From assembly GCF_001194135.2 (NCBI RefSeq), contig NC_068981.1, forward strand, positions 121,762,676 through 121,797,430: a stretch of DNA of 34,755 nt, read 5' to 3'. A program made the position numbers and the translations under genes. The DNA is from Octopus bimaculoides. Its lineage: Eukaryota. This document shows positions 24,075-34,755 of this stretch, in pieces (within the stretch, counting starts at the first letter, position 1; the number at the start of each line of letters is the position of its first letter). The notes under the pieces are model-generated. The model was not told where the DNA came from. It worked only from the letters and a program-made list of their open reading frames with translations, and did no database searches.

Positions 24075-24114
24075 TTCTACCCTACGTAATCATTTTAATA
24101 CTTTATAATTGCCT

Positions 24115-25720
24115 TTAGAGAAATCTAAATTTTTGTACTCCTATAAATTCATACTTAGCTTATAAAAAACAGGTTGGGTATCTTCACTAACTTAAAATTA
24201 AACTGCTTAGATTATAATTTAACTAATTTATAGTAAATTTGTTCCCTCACCTCAATGGTAAATCTTCCTGATTACCCTAAATTTTAACTTTATACAATAA
24301 TGACATATTGTTTTACTTAAATCATTATACATTTTCTATAAATATTTGTTATTGAAGTTAATAAGGTAGGGATATTTTATTATGGTTTTAGTGATTAGGC
24401 TGTCTTTATTCCTTTTCTATGATACTCTACTCTAACTGATCATTTTATTGTTATTGTTACTGTTATTATTATTTTATATTAACCTGAAATAAATCTAATC
24501 CTTGTACCCCTATTATTTCATACTCAGCTTATATAAGGTAATACCGGTATCTCGACAACTTAAAACAGTTCAATTTAATTAAATCAGTATACAATTAACA
24601 TGTTCTTTAACCTTAGTTGGACCATTATTAAATATTAGTTAATCTCCATAGAAACCATGTAATAAGTTAATATTTAGATTTGTAATAAGTAAATAAATAT
24701 TAAATTATTCTCCTTTCTTTTCCTCCCTCTATTGTGGTAAAAACAAATTTGGTATATACTCATAATATTCAAAGGAGTTTTATCCTTTTGTTAAAATTTC
24801 ATTCTTAATAATCTTCTTGATTACCCGAAATTTTAACTTTATACAATAAGACAATATTGTTTGAAATTATCTTTAGAAATTACTTGATTTATCTCTTTCT
24901 TAAATGGCTCTACCCTCCTGGTCTTAGTATTTTATAAGGGCCTCTATATAAATAACCCTTCTAAACAAGTACCACTAAGAAACAATAAATATCAGGTAAG
25001 GAGTAACAATAATAACTTCTTAAACCTATAATATAGCCATTTGTTTTTAAAAAAAGATTAGTGTAAAATATGAATGTTCCATTACTTAAATATTCCTTTA
25101 GCTGATACCAGACTTCAGTTTTTTATTGATATTAGCTAAATAAGTAAATATATAATTTTTAGTCTAATATGTTTTGAATTATTATACTTTTTCTATAAAT
25201 CTTTTCTATTGGTGTTAATAAGCTACATATACTTTACCATAGTATTAGTAATTAAGCTAAAATATTCCTTTTCTATGGTATTCTGCACTACTTGATTATT
25301 TTATTTCGTTTCTTTATTATTTTATAATTAGACTTAATTTATTCATGTATCTCTATAAATTCATAATTAGCTTATATAAAACTATACTGGTATATTCATT
25401 ACTCACTAAAAAAACTGCTTAGATTATAATTTTATTAATATATAATTAGAATGTTCTCTTACCTCAATATTCCTTTATTAATACCAGTATATACCAATTG
25501 ATCAATATTCACAGAAACCATCTGATGAGTTAGTATTTAAGTGTACAATATGTATGAATATTAAACTATTTCTGGATAGTTTCTTTTCCTCCCTCTACCG
25601 TGGTAAAAGTTTGGTATGTACTCAAAAGTATTCATAAATTTCTATCCGAATAGCCCTAAACTTTAACTGTAAACAATATAGCAACACTGTTTAAAACATT
25701 TAACTATAGTACTACATGAT
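24115..25720. repeat. Degenerate AT-rich modular tandem repeat
   Basis: Recurrent diverged modules: ctataaattcata.ttagcttata (~24140, 24510, 25352); aactgcttagattataat..cctcaat (~24201, 25413); gattaccc.aaattttaactttatacaat (~24270, 24819, weaker 25630); ttcctccctct..gtggtaaaa (~24719, 25585); attatac.ttttctataaat (~24324, 25180). Confidence 0.8.
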
Positions 25721-26130
25721 AAGATTTCCCCTGTTTCATTATCAATGGTCTGCTAGTGGGCGACCCCCTTAGTTGTCAGCTAAGATCTTGTTTCAAGCTT
25801 TCCTTTACCAAACCTCATGATATTGCCTCAAATAAATCTTAATTTTTATGACTATACCCACTATAATTTATGTCAGCTCTCTCAGCCCTACCCCTAACAG
25901 ATACTGCACTTTATTCTCTCAGCCTTAGATATGCACGGATTTGATAAACTAGTCTATAAATTAAAACTGACCTCATAAAAACAAATAAAATCAGTGACAG
26001 GTAGAGTCTTCTTGGTAATTTAGTAACTTCTATGCTGAAGTAGATACAACATGTTCTTTTTCTATCTCCTTACCACCCTGCAGATTTTAGGTATAGTTAT
26101 ACCAATGTGTCCATCTGTTCTAATTTAATT

Positions 26131-26267
26131 AAATTCTGTGGCTTTGTGCAGCTTAGGATTGCTCTGCATTTTAAATTGATGTAATGATTGCATTGTTCAA
26201 TTAAATGGAGTTGCATGAAACGATCGTACTGCATTACCTCTGGATATCCTTGTTGCTTATTTTGATA
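26131..26267 (+). repeat. 137-bp dispersed duplication, copy 2
   Basis: Matches 17250-17386. Confidence 0.95.
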
Positions 26268-26399
26268 CACGTGTGTGTATGTATAATATACATTTACAGA
26301 GATGTAAACGAACATAACTACGGGTACACGTTAAACACAGAGTTGGCCGCATTTACAGAAACACCATTTATATGTGTTTATATGGGTGCTTCTGTGAAC

Positions 26400-27130
26400 A
26401 CATACACACTTTATGCAATGTTTCAAAGTCATGTGATACAAAGATACAGCTTCTTTATTGATTTGTTTGTATCATGGTGAAATGAGAATTATGCAAGTGT
26501 TCACCTCGACACAAACATTTATTAAATTATCACTATTTATTTTCTTTCTATCTACACACGATACCTTTGAAAAGTAATTTCATCATCCATTAATAATGAT
26601 ACCCCTGTTTGACAACTACCTATTTTTCCTAAACGCAAAGTATTTGTATACATAATGTTCTTATTAGTTGAAGCAAATTCTATTTACAAATTGACTTTAA
26701 TAACCTGACCGCTTTATTTCTTAATCGATACGAGTATCTAATTATATAACGATAGCATACATTTGAATAACACTGATTCAAACTGATTCATTATATAACA
26801 GAAACAATTAACAGTTTGTCACTTATTGATTACGAATGTTGATATTCTATTAATGATAATGATAAGGTTCTAACCATATGAAGTCATAGCTGATCATAAT
26901 AGACATATATTAAACTAGCTGCATTTTAGATGCACTCAATATAAAATGTTTACTTGATTAATTAGAAAAATATTCTTAAATTTGTCATAGAGTAATGGCT
27001 AATTTTAATGACATTTTAAAATAAATTTCACTCGAAGATGAACGTATTTTAAAAATAAAATTGAAATGTTAGCGACAACAATTTAACACTCGATCAAGAG
27101 GTTCTTTCTTTCTTGTTTTACATGCGCAAA
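26400..27130 (-). pseudogene. Possible LRR/TLR-like remnant G
   Basis: Weak: MTNLRIFF (~26990) and IKKLYL (~26455) are LRR-like words on the same strand as the other copies. Confidence 0.22.
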
Positions 27131-27240
27131 CATTAGTTTAAAAATGGGGCCAATTATTTATATGCATATATACACTTGCATAAGCGTAAATATATATGTA
27201 TGAATATATATGTGGTGGCGGGTATGTATGCATGTATATA

Positions 27241-27325
27241 AGCGCAGCCTGACTGTGTGGTAAGAAGCCTACTTCTCAACTACGTGGTTCCTGTTTCAGT
27301 TCCATCGCGTGGTATTTTGGCCAAT
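27241..27325 (+). mobile_element. SINE tRNA-like head fragment
   Basis: AGCGCAGCCTGACTGTGTGGTAAGAAGCCTACTTCTCAACTACGTGGTTCCTGTTTCAGTTCCATCGCG is homologous to 7350-7430. Confidence 0.75.
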
Positions 27326-27363
27326 GTGTGTGTGTGTATCTATGCATGTATGTATACTTATAT

Positions 27364-28203
27364 ACACAAGGAGTTCGGGGTAAATTCCTCAGTTTGCTTA
27401 AAAGGAAAAGAAAACTCTATCTAATCCAAACATAAATATTTTTATAAATCAAAACGTATCAGATAACAGTTTACTCAAAGTATCCGCCTTGTGCTTCCAT
27501 GACAGCCTCAAGACGGTTCCGGAACCTGGCGCAAGTGATCTTCACTTTGTCCCTAGGAAGGTCATTGAACAACATCTTGATCTTGGACATCGGTCCGGCC
27601 TTGATGTTGGAGGCATAGCAGTGCCTCTCTGAACTGCGCCCAAAGTTATAGTAATCCAAACGAATATAAATATTAGCAAGATAGTAATTGGTATTGTAGA
27701 AATTTTCCGACAACCACTTCTGATTAATTCCGGGGGTATGGTCAGGAACCGAATCCTGCTGAAAAACATTTGACCTTCCAGTAGCAACCCATTCCAGTCA
27801 GATTTGGACCATAGTCTCCAGCAGCTCCACATAGTACCCTGAATTAGGCAGAAGGCCTTCCAGTGCAGTTGTTGGATGAACCCTGGCGTGAGAACGCAGT
27901 CATAACGATTGTTGTTTCCCTTCCTGCTCTTCACTTCTTCATAGTCACCATTGCAACTGTCCATGTCACTTCATACAGCCTTTATAGTGTTCACAGAGTC
28001 GAAAATGCTCCGTTTTGTCCACTTGACATTTCATTTTAATAATCTGAAAATTCACAAAAGTCAATAAAATTAAAAAATCAAAACATACTAGAGCAAAAAT
28101 TCTCTTTCAAATAACATAAAAAGCTTTGCCAATGCGTTGCATTTCTGCGTGCATTTTTAAATTTGAAAAGACAAAAAACGCCCATGAATTATTCCACATC
28201 CTA
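27364..28203 (-). mobile_element. Internally deleted maT/DD37D-like Tc1/mariner element
   Basis: Minus-strand NSGYYVELLE...NVFQQDSVPDHT...WLSENFY and LDYY...LPRDKVKITCARFRNRLEAVMEAQGGYFE-stop. The N-terminus near 27965 is joined to the catalytic region by a large deletion. The TIRs match only weakly. Confidence 0.85.
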
Positions 28204-28291
28204 ATATATGCTTTCTGTTTTCAAGAACAACCTGAAGTGTTGGTAAAAAGTTGACAGCATTGTAGAGCATGAAGATTAAATNNNNNNNNNN

Positions 28292-28490
28292 TTGTCCACT
28301 TGACATTTCATTTTAATAATCTGAAAATTCACAAAAGTCAATAAAATTAAAAAATCAAAACACTATCTTGTAGAGAAAAAACATCTCTTACACAAAAAAA
28401 AAAAAGAAATTTTACCAAAACGTTTCATTTCTGCGTGCATTTTTAAATTTGCAAAAACGCTCATCAATTATTCTTCAACCAAATAATTCC
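28292..28490 (-). mobile_element. Second, diverged copy of the 5' end of the preceding element
   Basis: TTGTCCACTTGACATTTCATTTTAATAATCTGAAAATTCACAAAAGTCAATAAAATTAAAAAATCAAAAC is identical to 28015-28084, then the copies diverge; follows a 10-N gap. Confidence 0.8.
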
Positions 28491-28782
28491 GCCAAATTGA
28501 GCGTAAACAATTTGTATGTATGTATGTATGTATGTATGTAGAGTGTAATATGTATGAATGGATATGCTTAGTTTAGAATAGGGGCAGCTGATGAAGGAAA
28601 TATTCTCTATGTGGCCTGTTTGTTTTTCTGTGCTCTGTTTATGTTCTGTTTTTCATTTTGTCCACGTTTTTTTTATGACGTCCTGTGCCCAGATATGCAT
28701 CTATATATACATGTAGATGTAAGTTTGTACATACATGTACGTATATATGCATATACTCACATATTATTTGTATTATTCATAT

Positions 28783-29715
28783 NNNNNNNNNNNNNNNNNN
28801 NNNNNNNNNNNNNNNNNNNNNNNNNNNNNNNNNNNNNNNNNNNNNNNNNNNNNNNNNNNNNNNNNNNNNNNNNNNNNNNNNNNNNNNNNNNNNNNNNNNN
28901 NNNNNNNNNNNNNNNNNNNNNNNNNNNNNNNNNNNNNNNNNNNNNNNNNNNNNNNNNNNNNNNNNNNNNNNNNNNNNNNNNNNNNNNNNNNNNNNNNNNN
29001 NNNNNNNNNNNNNNNNNNNNNNNNNNNNNNNNNNNNNNNNNNNNNNNNNNNNNNNNNNNNNNNNNNNNNNNNNNNNNNNNNNNNNNNNNNNNNNNNNNNN
29101 NNNNNNNNNNNNNNNNNNNNNNNNNNNNNNNNNNNNNNNNNNNNNNNNNNNNNNNNNNNNNNNNNNNNNNNNNNNNNNNNNNNNNNNNNNNNNNNNNNNN
29201 NNNNNNNNNNNNNNNNNNNNNNNNNNNNNNNNNNNNNNNNNNNNNNNNNNNNNNNNNNNNNNNNNNNNNNNNNNNNNNNNNNNNNNNNNNNNNNNNNNNN
29301 NNNNNNNNNNNNNNNNNNNNNNNNNNNNNNNNNNNNNNNNNNNNNNNNNNNNNNNNNNNNNNNNNNNNNNNNNNNNNNNNNNNNNNNNNNNNNNNNNNNN
29401 NNNNNNNNNNNNNNNNNNNNNNNNNNNNNNNNNNNNNNNNNNNNNNNNNNNNNNNNNNNNNNNNNNNNNNNNNNNNNNNNNNNNNNNNNNNNNNNNNNNN
29501 NNNNNNNNNNNNNNNNNNNNNNNNNNNNNNNNNNNNNNNNNNNNNNNNNNNNNNNNNNNNNNNNNNNNNNNNNNNNNNNNNNNNNNNNNNNNNNNNNNNN
29601 NNNNNNNNNNNNNNNNNNNNNNNNNNNNNNNNNNNNNNNNNNNNNNNNNNNNNNNNNNNNNNNNNNNNNNNNNNNNNNNNNNNNNNNNNNNNNNNNNNNN
29701 NNNNNNNNNNNNNNN
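28783..29715. other. Assembly gap
   Basis: Run of N flanked by (TA)n. Confidence 1.
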
Positions 29716-29746
<31 letters not shown>

Positions 29747-30000
29747 ATATATATGTATGGAGTTAAACGCAAGTGTTATTCAAATCTTTTTACTTCCGAC
29801 ATGTTACGAAGAAAACATTGTTATTATTCCTTTACAAACATGGTGTTACGTCCTTATTACTTGTGTGATCTTTTGCTGCCCTGGTAACCGTTTATTTATT
29901 TTTTCAGTGTTAATTGTAAACAAGGAAAAAATACACACATCCATTTATATATACTTCAACCATGTTTCCATATAACCTGCCAATAAAATAGTTACCGCAT

Positions 30001-30585
30001 ATGGAGTTATTTAATATAAACGCATCTCTTAAGGATATACCCATTCCCCCAAAGAATGCTTTCTTTAAGGAACTCATTAAGACAAAATCCTTTATTAACC
30101 GTATCAGATGGCTCACTTTTTTCTTCGACAATAAGGACATTCAACAGCCCACTAATGATATAACTTCTGAAATTAAGAAATTATTTAAATCTCAAAACAA
30201 TCCTCCACCTCATCCAAGATTGAAACAGTTTGAAGATGATCTCTGGTCTATTGTGTGGAATGTAAAATTTCACAGTTCACCCCTGAGGTTTCTTCACAAT
30301 ATCACCAAGCAAATTCATAGCATGGATAGTATACTGGTTCAATCATATAAAACGGGAAACCTGTACAAACTTACCAAGGACTATTACCTAGAACTGCTTA
30401 AAAAAGAAATTCAGAAATCTATAAGATTACCGGTAAAGGTGCACTCAGGCAAGCCAACCTTGAGGCTAAGAAAATTATGGAGAAGTATAACTTACAGATG
30501 AAGATAGAACCACTTGATGCTAAGCGACCTCGTTTTGTTTTAAAAGATCATAAACAAATGTTTTTTCCTAACCTATCCTGCTCTG
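30001..30585 (+). mobile_element. Penelope-like element 5' ORF fragment (Naiad-type N-terminal region to RT start)
   Basis: SLKDIPIP, SFINRIRWLTFFF, FEDDLWSIVWNVKF and KTGNLYKL; after a frameshift, NLEAKKIM...KIE...FVLKDHK. These motifs typically precede the PLE RT core. Truncated afterwards. Confidence 0.8.
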
Positions 30586-30764
30586 TTCCGGATAGCTCTT
30601 TTGAAGAACTCGACTGCAGCTTAACCTGAAGTGTAATAGTACTATGTTGCAACCCTGTAACCCTGTGTAGTTCTTGGATCAATTAAAGTATCGATGCAGT
30701 CGAGGAGTTCTACGTCTTAGTGTAATAATGTGTCTCTGAAGAATCTATATAACGTTCTATTTAG

Positions 30765-32450
30765 ATATGTAGTAACTTTTACAAATGTAGTTTTCCAATT
30801 CATACAACTTTTCCTTCTTGCTTTTTTAAATATATATTGGTATTTTTCGGTGAAACAGAGCGGGCTATGTGCTTGAATATATTTATAACTTCATATTTCT
30901 TTAGTTTGCTTTACTCGCCACTACTGTATACCCCCAATACAATAAGACAAGTGCCTGATATATGATGCATATATATAATATATCGACAAAGAATCAAAGC
31001 ATAAACCGTTGAGCACTATCATAGTTAATATCGCACACAGCATGCCTCATTTAATTAAAATTTTTGATTTATCTCGAAGCCGAACCGTGCAAAGGCAATT
31101 AAACACAGTTGGATAATTCATGACATGGCTACAAGCGAACACGATGTGAGAGAGACACACGATGCTTGGAAGCCAGCTATCGGCATAAACACGTTAACAC
31201 TACACGTTTTTTTCTTTCAAATTTTCAAATTCTATAAACTCTATCGAAACGAAAGATGCTTTGAACCAATGAGTAAATTTCTACGCGGTTCAGTGACCCA
31301 CTAGAAAGTGCAGCCACATTTCCTCACTTGATGCCGAAGGACATTTTAAAACGGAATGTACCGGATAATAGCTTAAATACTTGATGTTCAAGGCGGAAGC
31401 ACATTCGATGACATGTCTGCTTAAACAAAGCTAACATGGTGCTAAAAACATCAACTGAAGCCTTTTTTGCATAATAAATGGTAAATCTTGCATAACAATT
31501 CGTTCTTTGTGTATCTATATCTAAATGAAGGTCACTCGGACAACTTATACTAGTTACTAACGTTTGGCCCTTAGCACCTTATAATATATATGTAAGTGGT
31601 TTGACTAAAAATAAAAATAATAATTAATATTATGTACTTTTTAGAACTATCAATGTAAAACTACTTTCCAAAAGGTCAAAATAATAGATTTATACTATAC
31701 CAACAGACACTATGATAAAACTGGAGATGTATTCTAACTGCCACTCGATAACCAAATTTATATTAAATAACATCCGAGAATAATAAACAATTTATTTATC
31801 GTAGTTTTGTTATATTTATTCGAGGATTATGTGTCACAATGTTAAATATCGGCCGAATGGGGCAAGCATGTGGTCTGAGAAAACAGAAATGTAACGTAGA
31901 GTATATGGAGACCTCACTAAGTCCTTTGATTCTGTTAGCCAGAAATGACATTGCTTACACCCTTGTCCAATGTTGGGAATGTTATTCTTTTAGAATCATA
32001 TAGTGACCCTCAAGAGTGAGGCCAAAAATATTGGAAAGATTAATTTAAACAATGGAATAATTCAATATTGTGTGTGATATTTTTCATTGCTAGTAATGTG
32101 TCCATAATGCTTTCTAGGACTTCGGTGTTAAAATTCCCATAGAGTACACAGTAGAGGAGTGGTAATTCAATCATATATGTGGAAATGCTTGCAAAGAGAT
32201 GACGTGTTTAGTTATATGTAAATCATTTAGCGATAGTTTGTTTTCCTTTTATTTCTAGTCCATGTATATTTTCCGAAATTCTTAACTGATTGTTAAATTA
32301 TGTTATTTTTTTTTCTAAATAAAAGAGAGGGTATCACAAAAGATGCACTCAAAACTACTTAAGAGACTACGGTTTAAAGCAAACTCTTCGGACGTTTATT
32401 TAAACACCAACTCATGTCTATCTCAAGACAGATACACTTGGTTCACACTT
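30765..32450 (-). pseudogene. Decayed TLR-like gene copy H (TIR cut by the PLE fragment)
   Basis: INLSNIFG (~32045-32022; compare LDISGIFG in copy A); LRRCT-like FNCLC (~31105); TM-like MLCAILTMIVLNGLCF and YIRHLSY (~31045-30940); TIR start-like KYEVINIF (~30900). Confidence 0.4.
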
Positions 32451-32744
32451 ACAGATTTGCACTAAGTGCTTTAAAATGCATCTGCACGAAATCAAACCCC
32501 AAGCATTCAAGTCTGATCACAATGTTCCATTAACCAACAACTGTCATCTCTTCATATTTCCATTCCGTATTGTTCTCTTTCTTTCGTTATGTTACTTTCA
32601 TTTCCTTCTTTTCGCCTTCTTTTTCGTCTTACACTCTTCTTCCCATCTCCATATACTCCTTATTACATTATATATACAAGCTCGTAGAAATATATGTGAG
32701 CTCTTCTATTAACATAATATATACACATACACATATATACATAC

Positions 32745-32745
<1 letters not shown>

Positions 32746-32823
<78 letters not shown>

Positions 32824-32829
32824 TAGATA
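32746..32829. repeat. (GATA)n/(GACA) microsatellite
   Basis: Direct reading of the sequence. Confidence 0.97.
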
Positions 32830-33430
32830 AACTTGAGTGTATTTGTAAGTGCGTGTTTGTATGAGAGATCATGAGTTAAGTACTAAATTACATTAATACA
32901 ATCTAAGCATAGCTACAATAAATATATCATCATTCGATTATGTAATATCAATAATTTTCAGTTCAATTATGTAATACAATTGTTCAAATGTTATTTAACT
33001 GTAGTTTCACCTAATGAAATGCATTCATGTTGATGTATGAATGATATACTGCTCTTGAGACATTGCCCTTAACCCTAGAAACATGTATATATTCTTGTAA
33101 CCTCATGTCATTAATCACAACATAATCTTAAGCATATCCTTAGATCATTATTAGATGTAAATATATCTTACAAACTCATATGCATATATAATCATAAACA
33201 TACATTGAATATATATTTATGGAAGTGAAAGGTTAGCTTAATGATTTCCGTCAGAAATGATCACAATGGAACTAATGCGCTACATCATGATTAGGAAAAA
33301 CTATAATGAGTTAGCTAGCTTTACTGTTTGGAAGAGGAAGCAGAGATGGTAACTTTGAATATGCTCAGAGATTAGCCTGAGGAGGTAAATATCTCATTCA
33401 TATTTGCACGTTTATATTTTATTATTATTA

Positions 33431-33530
33431 NNNNNNNNNNNNNNNNNNNNNNNNNNNNNNNNNNNNNNNNNNNNNNNNNNNNNNNNNNNNNNNNNNNNNN
33501 NNNNNNNNNNNNNNNNNNNNNNNNNNNNNN
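33431..33530. other. Assembly gap (100 N) followed by (GT)-rich repeat to ~33620
   Basis: Run of N. Confidence 1.
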
Positions 33531-34318
33531 TATGTGTTTGTGTGTGTGTGCGTGTGTGTGCGTGTGGGTATGTGTGTGTATGTGTGTGTGTGTGTGTGTG
33601 TGTGTCTGTGTGTGTGAGTATATATACATATGTAACAAACGGGAAGATATATCTGCAGGCACATGAATATAAGTTTACATATGCATACATTAATTCGTAT
33701 ATATACACAAATATAAGTGCTGACAGATTTTAACATTAATATACTTTCACATTTGTGTCTGAATATATATCAATATATGTTTATACATCAGCTCCGACTT
33801 GTATTTGCGTTGAGCATATTAGGTATTTGTATATGTTTCAGTCTTATACAATTCTGTATATCAATATGTATGTATCTATATGCATGAATAAGATATTCAT
33901 TTAAATTATTATTTAAAATTAACTTATTTAAATTAATTTATTTAAATTAATTCAGTTCCAGTTTATTTTTCAAAATAATTTATTTAATTTGAATACTTAA
34001 CTCGAAACTATAGTCCACTATTAACCTACTGTAATTTTTGAAAAAAAAAAAGAAAAAAAACATTTATCTACCTATTACGCTTTACAGCTCTTTCGTATCA
34101 AGGCTATTATTGTGAATGTCATTGGAACGGTCATTTATTGCCAAGTAACCTCATGCAGTATATATTCGTACTTTACATCATCTTTCTGCTAGAAAGACAG
34201 AAAGGAAATGGACTAACCAAAGCAACACGATACTCGTTGGCTGGAGAGTCGCTGAAGAGGTTGCATCTTATACATTATTTACATTTGACGGATATCTGTT
34301 GTCATCTTGTTTGTTGTT

Positions 34319-34360
34319 AACACAAGGTTTCGGCTGATATACCCTCCAACCTTCATCAGG
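34319..34360 (-). ncRNA. Minimal type I hammerhead ribozyme core (probably degenerate)
   Basis: The minus strand reads C-CTGATGA-A-GGTTG-GAGGGTATAT-CAGCC-GAAA-CCTTGTGTT: both conserved core boxes with a 5-bp stem II between them. Stems I and III are not properly formed in this copy. Confidence 0.6.
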
Positions 34361-34563
34361 TAACTACCTGGACTCGAACTCGGAATCATGGGGTTAGTAG
34401 CCCGTGTGAATTATAGGGCTTATAAATCTAATATTTTCGTATCCTTCCTTAATACGGGTTCCCATATACTACTCATATCTGCACTCGGTCTGCTTAGGAG
34501 GTTGTTGCGTCCTAGCATATGTGCTGCTTCGTTTAGTTTTCGTATTATTCATACAGTGATCTG

Positions 34564-34578
34564 AATAATAATAATAAT

Positions 34579-34609
<31 letters not shown>

Positions 34610-34675
34610 TTAATAATAATAATAATATTAATAATAATAATAATAATAATAACAACAACAATAATAATGATGATG

Positions 34676-34755
<80 letters not shown>
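34564..34755. repeat. (AAT)n microsatellite with AAC/GAT variants
   Basis: Direct reading; runs to the window end. Confidence 0.98.

Larger units (their letters stand above)
23739..24082. mobile_element. Putative MITE with short TIRs, TA flanks, internal hairpin and (GT)n
   Basis: TA-GGGTAGCAAA at the left and TTTCTACCC-TA at the right; non-coding interior. Confidence 0.5.

Noticed and set aside
25522-25560. Hammerhead at CTGATGAG
   Set aside because: No stem II or downstream GAAA, and the paralogous module at ~24655 lacks the box.
24115-25720. NUMT or mitochondrial control region
   Set aside because: AT-rich, but I recognise no mitochondrial gene, tRNA or rRNA motif.
28588-28625. Hammerhead at CTGATGAAGG
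   Set aside because: No GAAA follows a closable stem II; probably a degenerate repeat end.
28611-29975. Long ORFs of 331-454 aa (also 7783-8178 and 33372-33736)
   Set aside because: They are open only because they cross N gaps.
30601-30712. SECIS element
   Set aside because: Candidate UGAN/NGAN quartets are not followed by a pairable helix II, and the loop is too large.
32870-33200. PLE-like terminal repeat or ncRNA
   Set aside because: The texture is repeat-like but there is no motif or second copy in the window to support a call.

Overview
AT-rich, microsatellite-dense eukaryotic genomic DNA with several N gaps. The SINE, MITE and microsatellite profile suggests an octopod cephalopod (inference). 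I find no intact protein-coding gene. Much of the apparently unique sequence on the minus strand reads, by hand translation, as a heavily decayed head-to-tail array of intronless Toll-like-receptor-like genes (LRRNT/LRRs - LRRCT - TM - TIR). There are about six copies between 1 and 19.3 kb and further remnants near 26.4-27.1 kb and 30.8-32.5 kb. All are broken by stops and frameshifts and carry insertions. The mobile elements are tRNA-derived SINEs, mariner and maT-like Tc1/mariner copies and MITEs, a HERO/NeSL-like RLE non-LTR fragment, and two Penelope-like (Naiad-type) fragments. Other features are an ~800-bp foldback palindrome, a hairpin with a perfect 32-bp core, hammerhead-ribozyme-like motifs and a degenerate AT-rich modular repeat. 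The TLR calls rest on degenerate motif recognition, and their boundaries are approximate until profile searches are run.
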